Source: Octopus bimaculoides
Lineage: Eukaryota
Direction of reading: 5' to 3'
DNA: 64,000 nucleotides
NCBI RefSeq assembly: GCF_001194135.2
Contig: NC_068991.1
Location: 50,231,640-50,295,639 of the forward strand
The notes under the pieces are model-generated. The model was not told the origin of the DNA and made no database searches. It saw only the letters and a program-made list of their open reading frames with translations. Positions within the stretch are counted from its first letter, which is position 1; each line of letters opens with the position of its first letter. Below, in pieces: positions 25,268 to 38,185 of the stretch. The position numbers and the translations under genes are program-made.

Positions 25268-25306
25268 GTGTGACTAGTTTTTTCATTTTCCAGGTAAGGT
25301 ATGTAA
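25268..25306 (+). promoter_or_regulatory. Candidate recursive splice site 2 (3'SS fused to tandem 5'SSs)
   Basis: GTGAC branch-like motif (A at 25273), then TTTTTTCATTTTCCAG|GTAAG|GTATGT with AG at 25292-25293 and a second donor at 25298/25299. Confidence 0.5.
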
Positions 25307-25516
25307 CACTGTTAACCTCATTCTGCAATGAATGTTTTTCCTCACATATTTTAGTCTAACCTAGTTCTTTGATATTCCAACTATTAAATATATATTAAAT
25401 ATTGATGCTGAGCGGCTCGTACCAGTTGTTTTTGGTTGGGGTTTTTTTTTTTTTTTTTTGTATCTTGTATCATTGAAAAATACTTTCTCTTGTCAATTTG
25501 CTATTGCTGCGAACGG

Positions 25517-25553
<37 letters not shown>

Positions 25554-26112
25554 GAATTCCTCCACGGATATCGGGGAGTGTTTCTAATGGAGTATTATAT
25601 ATTTTTACTTTTATGTTTTTATGTTAAAACTGTTTCTTCAGAAAAAAAGATATTTTCATTTGCTGACGTTGAAATAAGTTTATGCAAATATATGACAGTT
25701 TACTTTTATTTCAGATTCCTTCTATACAACCATGTTCTCTCTATTAATATAACTATGATGTCTTTAGTATTGTTTGTTGCATATACTTGCGATATCTGAT
25801 TTATGTCAGGGGCGTAACATTAGCCTCTTCCAAGTATCTATATCTACATTTTTGAGACATACCATATCTATTCAGTATTTTATAAGTCTGCTCAAACAAC
25901 AACGAAAAGAAATGTGATCAATATGCTCTTTATGATATTTACATCAAATTTTATCAATTTTTTAAGAACGTTCTTGAAAGAGTTCTTGGTAAACTACTGC
26001 ATTGTTTAAATATCAGCACATCAAGGTTTCTCACTTTTTAGAGCAGATATTTTATATTATTTGTATATCATAAGTTTATATTGTTAGTTTATATTATTAG
26101 TATGCGGGAAAA

Positions 26113-26325
26113 GCCAGCGAGCTGGCAGAATTGTTTGCGCGTCGGGCGAAATGCTTTGCGGTATTTCGTCTGACATTACGTTCTGAGTTCAAATTCCACC
26201 GAGATCGACTTTGCCTTTCATCCTCTTGTGGTTGATAAATTAAGTACCAGTAGCTCACTGGGGCCGATCTAATCGACTGACCTCCTTTCCCAAAAAATTT
26301 CAGGCCTTGAACCTATAGTAGAAAT
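26113..26325 (+). mobile_element. SINE family A
   Basis: GCCAGCGAGCTGGCAGAATTGTTTGCGCGTCGGGCGAAATGC...GTTCTGAGTTCAAATTCCACCGAG. Confidence 0.9.
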
Positions 26326-26769
26326 AATTTTTTTGTACGCTGGAATAACTGTAGAATGGGTCTACATGTAGAGTTGAAATTCTCACGAGATAAACATCAT
26401 CTTTTCCCCACCAACCGTATCAGTAATATACTAGGGTACACTCAGTAGACTTTATTCTATAAATTTATGAGAAAATGAGGGGCACTAATATTAGGGTAAA
26501 CCATTAAAGATGCTACCTTAGTGAGAGCTGCATTTTCTTGTCTTTTGTGAATCTGATATTTACTATATCAACCCTGCTCAGGTAAAATTAATAAAAATAC
26601 TACATTTCTGTTGTAAAATAAACTGCAAATAGAAAAAATATGTTGGTTAAGAAAGTCAAAAGATACAGTAATGCCAGCAAGATTTGACCTCATAAATAAA
26701 ATAACCAAATAGTAGAAGGAATTTTGGTTGGAACTCGAGCCTTTTAAATCGCCAAAACTATAGAGATAG

Positions 26770-26975
26770 AGAGATTAATCCCAGTATTTATTTGTTGCCT
26801 ATTTTATCAGCTCTAACATGTTAAAAAGACTCCTTCATTGCTGAACTACAACTATTTGTTTTATCAAACCTGAGAAGTTGAAAGGAAAAGTTGGCTGCAT
26901 TGAGATTTGTCTGTAGAATGTAAATAAATATTAATAAATACCACAAAACATTCAGTTCGTGCCTTTATCATCTCT
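26770..26975 (-). mobile_element. Old, diverged SINE family A relic
   Basis: TTTTATCAAACCTGAGAAGTTGAAAGGAAAAGTTGG...AAATACCACAAAACATT aligns loosely to the reverse complement of family A. Confidence 0.45.
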
Positions 26976-27277
26976 GTCCGTTTATCTGAAATTGAATAAC
27001 TAGACATAATGGTTAGTGCAACCCTGGTGTGGACACAATATGATGAACTCAGAACGCTGTACAGCGTTAAATATTCCCTCCTGTTGACTACGCCATCTTT
27101 ATTATCGGTTTATTTCGATGGGATATAATGAGATTATATCTTAAACCTTTAACAGTGTAAGTGGAAAAGCATCTCAGGAAAATCGCAAATCGAAAAGTGC
27201 CAGAATTCGTGCAACTTTGTTCTTCCTTTCTCAGATGTGGGGTACTGAACTGAATCTACGTTGACTCAATTCTTTGT

Positions 27278-27341
<64 letters not shown>

Positions 27342-27524
27342 GTATGTCCGTGTGTCCGTGTGTGTATGTATGTATGTATGTATGTATGTATGTATGTATG
27401 TGCTTGTTCTTATATTTTGTCCGTATTTTCAGTATATTATCAGTAATTAATAATTTCATAAAGTATAAATGTCTATACAGAGAGAGGAGGGGAGATGGAG
27501 AGAGGGAGAGAGAGAGACAGAGAC

Positions 27525-27555
<31 letters not shown>

Positions 27556-27572
27556 TAGACAAAGAGAGAGAA
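27278..27572. repeat. (TG)n-(TA)n-(TATG)n and (GA)n-(GACA)n microsatellites
   Basis: Seen directly. Confidence 0.95.
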
Positions 27573-30500
27573 ATGAAAGAAATATATTCAGAAGCGAATC
27601 ACAAAACACTTGCTTCTATTATCAACTTCCTACGTCATCTCTACCATTGTTGATTATTTTCTTTTATAAACATCTGTAGAAGAATCTATTGTTTTACCTA
27701 AGAGTCCAACAGCTGGAGTGAGATACGAACTTATGTCAAGCGAGATAAGAGATCGTCAACTTGTGTTTCTTACTATTCTATTTCTCAGTAATTATTAATG
27801 AGGTCTGGACGAGTAGATCTAAATTCTTCAGCCAAGCATGTAATTGAAGATTACGTGGAGATATTCTAAACGTAAGCCAGGAAATAATTAACATCGATGA
27901 ACTGTTACTTTGGTGACAATCAATCTAACATTACAAGCAGATTATATCCTGGGTAGATGTTTTCATAATATTTATTTAACTGGATACAGAGGTAGAACAG
28001 CAGAAACACTAAAGCACCGCACTAAATGCTTTGCATTAAAAGCCTTATAGTATTTAAATTAATTCATGTAAATTCTGACTTGAAATAAGCATTATTTCGA
28101 CTCAGAATATACATTTAAAGATTTTCATTTTTCCAGGTTCTATAAAATGGATGAATTTTGAATTGGCTTCACCACTGTGTTTATCACTAAATAGGTTCAG
28201 TCGCCTCTATCTTTCTTTAGCGCAAGAAAATAATTTGGTCTTCTACTTCGCAAAAGAAATAGAATAATATTTAGTTTTACTTCCTAATATTCAGAATTCA
28301 AATTTATCTTTTGGAGGGACCCAGAATACTGCACTATGGTAATTATCCAATTATACACCCTTCCCCCTGTAACTAAACTCATAAAATCGAAGTCGTTTTA
28401 GGCAATGATTGCAATGAAATCGCATAATCGTTACCAATGGTAGACTAAAGTCGTTTTGAGTCGTTTGTTTTGTTGTGCTATAAATTCAAATTTTAGCTTT
28501 GATTTTCAAGCTATTGATTCGATAAAATAAGTTCCATTTGTCAACCATTTGGAGTGTTTCCGATGAATTATTCATCCCGTCAACAATATACGAAATTAAT
28601 GTAAGAAATTAATGTTTAAATAATGCAGTGCTATACATCGAACCAAGTTGAAGCCGGTTCATTTAATCAACGCCTTCATTCGCCTCTATAATAAATTTAC
28701 AGCCCAGACATTCGGGACAAAAATAAAAAATTAATATACATTACAGGTGGGTGATATCATGTATTATAAGGAATTAGTAACCATTAGACGGGCTAAATCT
28801 GCGACTATATCGATTCCTGTTCGAAACAACTCCCGTGACAGTAGTGATGCTCCGATGGCTTATTTGTCTTCTGTAGTGATATTGTAGACAGTAGTGTTTG
28901 TCTGAGGATTTATTCATCCCACTTATTTGTCTAATGTTTTATGCTTGTTCCATTGATTTATCATGTAATTTATATCTTCCGTTCTTGGATACTGAAGACC
29001 TAGAAGAGTTATGTTCCCTTGACTACAGAACTGTTATCTGCATAACTGCAAGTTTCAACTGATTTAATTATTAGGTGTATAAAACAATACCAACAAATAT
29101 CGAAGTGGCAGTCATTTAAGGATGAATTCCAAATATACAATAATATATCTAAGGATTTCTCAAGTGTGTTTATCATTGGATTCTAAAATAAAGTATGTAC
29201 AGTTATAGAAAACTATTGACCAAACGATGTATATGTTACATACTTCTTAAATAGAAACTAGGAAAATATCTGTTTTCATTTGATGCAAATATTGCCGCAG
29301 TTACAGGCTGATTAAGTTTAGATTCTTACTTGCAATGCTTATTATATTTGATTTTATCATCAAATGTCTATACATAGAACGTCTACAAACGTAGCCTTAG
29401 ACATAGGATGATTTTAAATATAGAGGACATACATCCAAAGCCGATCTGATATTTCACTAATAAGGAGGTAGTGTTAAAAATAGACTCACCGGAGCAGTAG
29501 CCAATAGTTAACAGTTCTCAGATGTTCATTTAATAACTCGTCTACAGAAACAGATATTTATCTACAATGACACCCTCCAGGAAATAAAATAAAATGTACA
29601 TTTTTCTTAATATAACATTGGTGGAACAGTTCAAATATACAATTATTTTCAATTTAATTGAATAAAGAGTCGCCTGATTTCCAACTAAATGATATATCCT
29701 TTAGTAACTCACTTTATTTAATGAAATTCATTCACTTCCAGCACAGTTTCACTGAGTGATGAACATAAGACAGCAAGCCAGGATGACGGTGTTAGCTACG
29801 TAACATTCGTTAAATACATAGTATCCCGCATTCTTACAGTGGTGTGAACTATCTACCAGTAATATCTACAAGGTGAACTAACTCAGCAAGACTTGTCTTG
29901 ACAGATGTTAACAGGGTACAAATGTTGAGAGTTGTCATGTTCATTGTTGACATGAGATTCCATTCTTAGATATACTCAATTAAAATTTAAAAGAACAATC
30001 CATATATCTACATGGGTGAGAGAAGCCCTATTCTGTTCAAGTACCACCGAGTTGTTCTCTTCATTAATGAAGTTTCCTACAATAAAGCATCTAATTTACA
30101 ACTAAGTGAACACGACCATTTGCAAGTTAAATGTCTTGGTTATGCACAACACTTACAAAACTATATAAAATATACTGATTACGTTTTGTCATTCTTTAAT
30201 ATTACGTTATCTTGTCACGGTTAAAGCAATAATTGAGAATCTAAGCTCGAGTCGATCCAGTGGATCAGTTTTAACACCTTGGGATGGACACCATAGAATG
30301 TGAATGCTTTTTGTCTGGATTGACAATAACATTTCTTCTTCGCTGTTTCTTTAAGTATGGTTTGAATAATACCAATGAATCCTTGTGTCAATGTATGTGT
30401 GTGTGTGCGTTTGTGTAAATTAGAGTTTGTACAGGGATAGAGAAACTATGTATGTATGTATGTATGTATGTATGTATGTATGTATGAGTAGGTGTGGGGG

Positions 30501-32129
30501 AGAGAGAAAAAGAGAGTTTCTTGGGTTAAAGGATTTTCACAGCTTGTATACAGATTAGAAAAAACTAATTGAAATTCTGTTCATTATCTTTCAGCTCAGT
30601 ATAGCAAATTTAATAACCGAGATATATCTTGTATAGTTTTCTTTGGCTCCATTGGCATTTTTCTTTGTTTTATTTTCCGCTTCGTCTCTTTTCATAGATC
30701 TATTTCTTTCGAAATTTGCCTTAAAAGAATCTGTTTTAGATTCACATTTGAAAAACATTGTCAAACATTTTGTTTGCTTAGGGAAATTTGACGAATTCAA
30801 TAATTCTTTGTAAAATAGATACACGCATCTGCAACCACACCGTCCTATCATCAATCCAGATTCATTATAGAGAACATAGAGAGTTCTATCAACTTACAAA
30901 AGTGTCATTATCACAACTAATTATTTCAACCCAGCCAAGGTGTAACTGTCTTCATCATAAGCACAGGAATCTCCTGAAGGATTTATTCATCCTTTTGTTG
31001 TCATAATAGCGCGTGATTCTACACATGCGCGCGCACACACACATACACACACACACATTCATTTGTCTGTAAAACTCACAATAAACCGCACTGGATTGTA
31101 ATCCTTTACTCTCACACTATTTAATTGTAGAAATGATTTCGGGCACAACATTGCATGTCTACTTTCAAGTTAATATAATTGAAAATCTCTGCATAAATCA
31201 GAACAGTAGCCCCACACAAAATCCTGCTTAATCGTATTGTGCTGATTACTGTTCTGATATCTAATTCAACATCACAAAAATATCTCGGAGTCACGGAGGC
31301 ATGGAAGAGCCTAAATCATACAGTGTTAGACTCCCCCTTATCGTGTACATCTGTGTCTATTTTATTTCTCCTACACATACTAATGACTACACAGACGAAT
31401 TATTTAATTGTATTTCGTTATCTGATTCCATTTCTAAAATGATCGCAATCATCCTATTTTAACGCGCGCACATTTCCAACGCTGATAATTTTGTTGCATC
31501 ATTGCTATGATATATTTTTGCACTCAGCAACTAAAATTATTTATATTACTGAAATGGTAGAACACTCTATATGATTCCCTTCGGTGTTGTTTCAAATCCC
31601 TTTGGTTCGGTGTGTGTGTTTGTGTTCGCGCGTATGTATGTATGTATGTATGTATGTATGTATGTATGTGCGTCCCTGTGGGTATGTATAAGTTTTATCT
31701 TAAAAACTAACCACTTATCATAACGTAGTCAGTTTCGTAAACAATACTCTCAATTTAACTCCCTCATTCACATCCCTTATAGAAAAGAACAAAGAAAATT
31801 ATAAATTATATTCATAAAGTTTAGAATAACCTGTCATCTATTCTGACAATTTTACCCAGAAATATTACAAATCATATTTTCTGAATAATTTCTAAAAAGA
31901 AGTGTTTACCTGTGCTGCTGTATTTTACAAAGCTCTAAACCGAAGCAACTTCGATCGAATACAATCCTCCGCATAGATTGGTTGATGTAATAATGCCAAA
32001 CATTTAGTCAGGAAATGCTTCCCTTCTTGCCATAAGTTCTACAAAATGCTTCACAGATGTAACCTAAAAGTAAATTACAGCTGTAAGGATAATTTTGTTA
32101 CTTTGAAAGAGAAAACTTACGAAAAAATT

Positions 32130-34060
32130 TTATAAATTCAAATTTCTTTTCCGTGGTTTTTATAATTAAAAAGGTTACAAAGAACATCCTTACCCTAGTT
32201 CATTAACAATAATATCCGTCATATAAGGCAAAACATGAACGGATTACATTATAAAATCTACAGAGACTAACTAATAAACGTAAATGACTATTAAGATTTA
32301 TAATGGACATCGGACAATATTAGGATTTCGACGAACATAACTACCGAGTTAAAATGTGTCAATAAATTTACTTAAATGCTGAAGAGCAACCACTAGAGAA
32401 TTTATCTCTATCATAGTAGAAAAGGAAGTTGCCATTGTGTCTACGTTAATAGACAGACAAAACGCTATCTATAAGATTTCCAATCTCATAGCAAAACAAT
32501 CCTTTTTGTTTACATTTGACAACTAGCCGATAATTACGATTCAACTTCACTAATACTCGAATCACTGCATACATACGCATGTGTGTGTGTATCTGTTTAT
32601 ATATACATATACAGGAATATATACACTGACATATGCATATACACACACATTTACAGATGTAAACATGTATACGCATATACTAGTATACATATATATATGT
32701 GTGTGTATGTGTGTGTGTGTGTGCGCGCGCGCGTGCGCGCAGGAGTGGCTGCGTGGTAAGTACCTTGCTTACCAACTACATGGTTCCGGGTTCAGTCCCA
32801 CTGCGTGGCACCTTGGGCAAGTGTCTTCTACTATAGCCTCGGGCCGACCAAAGCCTTGTGAGTGGATTTGTTAGACGGAAACTGAAAGAAGCCCGTCGTA
32901 TATATGTATGTATATATATATATATATATATATATNNNNNNNNNNNNNNNNNNNNNNNNNNNNNNNNNNNNNNNNNNNNNNNNNNNNNNNNNNNNNNNNN
33001 NNNNNNNNNNNNNNNNNNNNNNNNNNNNNNNNNNNNNNNNNNNNNNNNNNNNNNNNNNNNNNNNNNNNNNNNNNNNNNNNNNNNNNNNNNNNNNNNNNNN
33101 NNNNNNNNNNNNNNNNNNNNNNNNNNNNNNNNNNNNNNNNNNNNNNNNNNNNNNNNNNNNNNNNNNNNNNNNNNNNNNNNNNNNNNNNNNNNNNNNNNNN
33201 NNNNNNNNNNNNNNNNNNNNNNNNNNNNNNNNNNNNNNNNNNNNNNNNNNNNNNNNNNNNNNNNNNNNNNNNNNNNNNNNNNNNNNNNNNNNNNNNNNNN
33301 NNNNNNNNNNNNNNNNNNNNNNNNNNNNNNNNNNNNNNNNNNNNNNNNNNNNNNNNNNNNNNNNNNNNNNNNNNNNNNNNNNNNNNNNNNNNNNNNNNNN
33401 NNNNNNNNNNNNNNNNNNNNNNNNNNNNNNNNNNNNNNNNNNNNNNNNNNNNNNNNNNNNNNNNNNNNNNNNNNNNNNNNNNNNNNNNNNNNNNNNNNNN
33501 NNNNNNNNNNNNNNNNNNNNNNNNNNNNNNNNNNNNNNNNNNNNNNNNNNNNNNNNNNNNNNNNNNNNNNNNNNNNNNNNNNNNNNNNNNNNNNNNNNNN
33601 NNNNNNNNNNNNNNNNNNNNNNNNNNNNNNNNNNNNNNNNNNNNNNNNNNNNNNNNNNNNNNNNNNNNNNNNNNNNNNNNNNNNNNNNNNNNNNNNNNNN
33701 NNNNNNNNNNNNNNNNNNNNNNNNNNNNNNNNNNNNNNNNNNNNNNNNNNNNNNNNNNNNNNNNNNNNNNNNNNNNNNNNNNNNNNNNNNNNNNNNNNNN
33801 NNNNNNNNNNTATATATATACTTGCACAAATACATAAACTTCATTATACGAACTCATAACGCAAACATATGTACAAACGTATGTGTATATGTCTATTATA
33901 AATAATCTTGTTAGAAATATTTCGCTGCGAATAACTAAATTATCAGCAAATGAAGAAATATTTAATAATAGTGTAACGAAGCACTGGTGTAAAAGTGGAT
34001 TTAATGCAAACAGAATATTCCTCGCCATGAACAAGGAAGCCATACCGTGAAGATAAACAC
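32130..34060 (+). pseudogene. Penelope-like element RT C-terminal remnant, split by microsatellite, SINE B and a gap
   Basis: Weak left part at ~32130-32500 (IMDIG..DF, YVN). The right part at 33901-34010 reads NNLVRNISLRITKLSANEEIFNN, matching the PLE motif I..RLS.LS.NE.IFN. Confidence 0.45.
32741..32899 (+). mobile_element. SINE family B (5' module), tail running into (TA)n and a gap
   Basis: AGGAGTGGCTGCGTGGTAAGTACCTTGC...GGTTCCGGGTTCAGTCCCACTGCGTGGCACCTTGGGCAAGTG. Confidence 0.95.
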
Positions 34061-34149
34061 TTCCCTATGACTAAATAATAATACAATGAAATTTTACTCT
34101 CCTCCTAATCAATAATCAATTCAAAATACAACAGAGGTGCATTAAAAAC

Positions 34150-35270
34150 TGGTATACACGATACTAAACCTGCAATGCTAGCGATTATGGAATTACAATA
34201 AGGGGACATTGATAAAATAAAACGATAACATTCCTTACTACTGGTCAAGGATAAATGATTGATATGGCAATAAATAGACCTTGGAGACAAAAAGAGAATG
34301 AAGAAAACTACTATTACGGCAAAAAATAGGAATTCTATGGTCGGTGTTGTTCAACTAGTTAACAGCGATAGTGCTACGACGGTATTCAATAATAGAAGAA
34401 CCTAAATTCTACGCTTAGAATAATGTAAGATCAAACAGGAACCTTCCACCCTAAGAATGACAACGATAGGCTGCACTTGTTCAGAAGAAAGGCTGAAAGA
34501 GATTTAATCAGTTTCCGGGACTGTATCGAAGCAGAGGGAAACAACCTAGGATGGTATATAAAAAATGCAGGAGAGCCACTGTTGAAATACACAAAGAAAG
34601 CCGGCGTCATCAACTCTGAAAATTGTGTAACTAAAGAAAAATTTAAACAAGAAATGAACAAAAAAAAAGAAAAAAGAAAAAGCATGGAAGAAAAAATGTA
34701 CGGTCAGTTTGCAAGAGATGTGAACGCCAAGACAGACACAGAGAACCGGTAGCTATGGATCAGGAGGAGTGACCTGAAGATAGAAACAGATGCACTCATA
34801 TGCGCAGCTCAGGAACAAGAGTTAGGGACCAACTATATGAAATGCAGAATAACAACACTACTGACAGTGACAAACGCAAAATAAATGATGAGAGGGATGA
34901 AACGGTATGGCACATCGTTAGCGAATGCCCGAAATTGGCACAACGCGAATACAAAAGACGCCATGACAATATGGCAGGAATGATCCATTGGGAGCTCTGT
35001 CAAAATCATAGCCTACAAAGTGCAAAGGCGTGTTATGAGCAAACACCAGGAGTCACCGAAATGAGAATTGCAAAATCCTCTGGGATGCAATGATCCAGTG
35101 CAATCACCCGACCAGACATCGGAAACCAGACATTGTTGTGGTGAATAAAGAACAAAGAAAATGTATGATAATCGACATAGCATGCTCCGGTAACAACAGG
35201 ATCAATGTGAAAGAAGAATAACCGATAGTTATGAAGCACAGAAACTTTAAAAATTGCAAAAAAAGACATT
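34150..35270 (+). mobile_element. RLE-type non-LTR retrotransposon (R4/Dong-like): RT thumb, CCHC and endonuclease, frameshifted
   Basis: LHPKNDNDRLHLFRRKAERDLIS, KMYGQF, WIRRSDLKIETDALICAAQEQ, ETVWHIVSECPKLAQREYKRRHD..IHWELC, KILWDAMIQCNH..RHRKPDIVVVNK. Confidence 0.9.
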
Positions 35271-35539
35271 GTCACCCGAGAATTATCGAATGTAGAATCA
35301 TAGAAAATTTTAACAAACTAGTGAAGTAAACGTACTGAATAAAAGTTATTGAACATAATAAACAAAACACACGTTATCAACGCATAAAACAGAAACTAAT
35401 ATATTAATAATTAATCTAAGAACTACAAGCATATAAATTAATTAAAGAATATAAACCAATAGACATTAGCACCCCACAATTTGTAACACATATTTCAATT
35501 ACAGAAATATAACTAAAACGAACCAAACGTAAACTAGCG

Positions 35540-35940
35540 GAATAACATATCACTTCAATCTTCTTTAAGCAACGTAACATGGGAATAAACCAGTGCAGAC
35601 CAATATCTATTAAATATAAACTTTAATCATAGAAAATATATTTCAACGGAAATTTTCCCAAAAAGGACATATAAAATATATATAAAATTGTCTAAAACAT
35701 CCACATCGCATCGACAATAGCGACTAAAATACATAAAACGCGAAAATATAAATCGAACTAAATGTAAGGGAACAGAATGGCATATCATTTTCACTATCAG
35801 GTATTAATCACCAACGACGTGAGAATAGATCAATGTTGACCTATAACTATTAAATATAAACTTTAATTTAGAAAATTTATTTAAACCAATATTTTAAAGT
35901 AAAAATTTTTATATAATCTAAACTTAACTAAAAGTAACAA
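35540..35940. repeat. Degenerate ~240-bp tandem repeat
   Basis: TATTAAATATAAACTTTAAT at 35608 and 35848, with similar flanks. Confidence 0.6.
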
Positions 35941-36069
35941 ATCGCAGTGAAGATATTCATTATAAGAAAGCAAAACAGCACCACGTGCAGCAAGGAAAAT
36001 AACGACAATACACTTTACCTGTTTATTCAATTGCAGCTTGCCACCAAATGACCGTTAATAATCTATGAA

Positions 36070-36800
36070 TACAGCAAGTTATGACGTTTCGTAAACAAAT
36101 GTGTCTATGTAAAAAATTGCGATCGAAGATAGAAAAATATGTAATGGGTGTATATGCATATTTCAAAGATCATTACATTTTCATCAGCATCTCTTCTTAT
36201 CCGTCAAATAACTTCGGCTGTGAATTCTAAAGAAAATCTATGGTCATAAACTTAAAAGTGAAAATATTGCATTGCTAACACACTGTAAGACACTGTGTTG
36301 ACTTGTAAAGCTGTAATATACCTGGCAGTATATTATGGCTGCAAAACGAAATATTGTGTCCTTGCTAGCGACTAAATATACGTGCAAGTTGTCGGGAATG
36401 TGTTTAATATGTAAATACGTCTATCCAATAGTGTTACACCACTAAACTTAGTACGTATTAAACAATGTGTTCGTGGCTAGGTTAGATGAAGTGGTGATGA
36501 AAGGGCAATAACTGTTGAAATATGAAAATACGGCTATTACCTATTTTTTCCACCTTCGATCGCATTGTTTACATAGACGTATTTGTTTACGAAACGTAGT
36601 AATGTGTAGTGCTGGTTTTGAATTCAATAGGAAAATCTAGAGATAAACTTAAGACTGAAAATATTACACTATTAACAAACAGCAAGACACAATACTGACT
36701 CGTAAACCTTTAATATACTTCATAGTATTTTGAGGTTGCAAAAAGAAATGCTGTGTCTTTGCTAGCAATTAAATATACGTAGCAGTTTCCAGGAATGGTT
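36070..36800. repeat. ~400-bp repeat unit (about 1.5 direct copies) preceded by an inverted partial copy
   Basis: The direct repeat runs from GAATTC 36222 to GAATTC 36620. 36086-36190 is the reverse complement of ~36488-36597. Confidence 0.75.
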
Positions 36801-37904
36801 TCATAAAGTATCCTGCGCAGTATATGCATTATATATTAGTTAATTTTTTTAATTTAAAATGTATAACTATATTTCCAATTATAATTCGTATTTTCATTTA
36901 AAGGGCCAGCTTTTGTAATGCATCCTTAATGAGACTGCCAGCGTGATAGTCACCAGGCTCAATTAGAGTTAGATGTTCAAAGGGGATTGCAGATGAATTA
37001 AAAGTAACACATTTTTAAGAGTACAGCATTGCGATGTAAAAGGTTAACGAAAATACTCAACTAGAATTATCTGAAGAATGCTTGAAGCTTATGAAAATAA
37101 GATACTGGAATTTCTCAAAGACTAGAAAGCAAGTACATTTTGAAGTGACACAAATTTATAATTTATGATTTTTCTTTCATTGCGATAATTATTTTAAAAC
37201 ATGAAGCGAATGATTCTCTCTCCATTAAAAATGTCTTGCTACTTTTCCTTGTATTTGCCTGATTGACGTACAATATTGTAAGTATGTGGTGACAAAGTGG
37301 CTATTAAGAGTAGCTAAAACATTTTATATATTTGGCTTGTAATATATTAGCGTCTTATTTTTTGCCAAATTTTCTCCAAAATAAAAGTCGGAATTAGACG
37401 TGCATACGCATAATACTCTATGAAATTCGGTTTAATTGCCAATTTACATTATGTGTGTGTATATGTGTTTAATGAAGGAAAGTGGATTGAATAATTCTGG
37501 GCGAACATTTTAGTAAGCACTCCTTGTAAACAAACCTCGGCTAACAGGATACCCAAGATTATAATAACACGTATAGGTTGTTAATTCCGTGTGACAGGTA
37601 TAAACTGTAAATCCGAAGTTTGTCACCAATTAGTATTTGTGGTGTATTAATGATGGAGTATATTAATAAAGAAATAAAGAAGGAATATTTATAGTCATAT
37701 GCTGAATCCGTTATACATGTTGGTTTGTATGCTTAATCGATCCTTTAATTGATTGGTTAATCAAATTATTCACGGGGAAGTTGTTTCTCGAGTAATTTTT
37801 TTCAAAGCCCTAAAAGTATCTGATTTCTTTTAAGCATTCGCTCGTTACAAGATCTTTAGACCACTGAAAACGTAAGAACTACCAGAATAAAATGGACACT
37901 AGAC

Positions 37905-38185
37905 AGCAGTCAATAGGTGGCGATGTACATTAGTCTTAAAAGACTGGAGGTCATATTGAAGGTGAAAACAAGATTGTGGAAGGGAATTCCAAAGTTCAGA
38001 GGTGCGAGGGAAGAAACTGGTATTATAAAGTGCTTTACGACACTTAGGAGGTTGCACGGTATACTGATGAGAACTGGATGCAAGTCTAGTCGATTACTGA
38101 TAAATTCTTGATGGAGGAACCAGAGAAGAGAGCTCAGCTGAACAATGTCCATGAAAATACTTATAGAAAAGAGACAAGGAAGCTA
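37905..38185 (-). mobile_element. CR1/Jockey-group LINE 3' end
   Basis: Minus frame reads SLFYKYFHGHCSAELSSLVPP...YNTSFFPRTSELWNSLP...YDLQSFKTNVHRHL. Confidence 0.75.

Noticed and set aside
29490-29541. Possible 52-nt minus-strand exon (ELLNEHLRTVNYWLLL) with donor CG|GTGAGT
   Set aside because: The polypyrimidine tract is weak, no homology is recognised and there are no partner exons; this is expected by chance.
32831-34043. Longest ORFs in the track (300-390 aa), and similar ones at 9399, 15442, 18606 and 61023
   Set aside because: They are made of X from N gaps.
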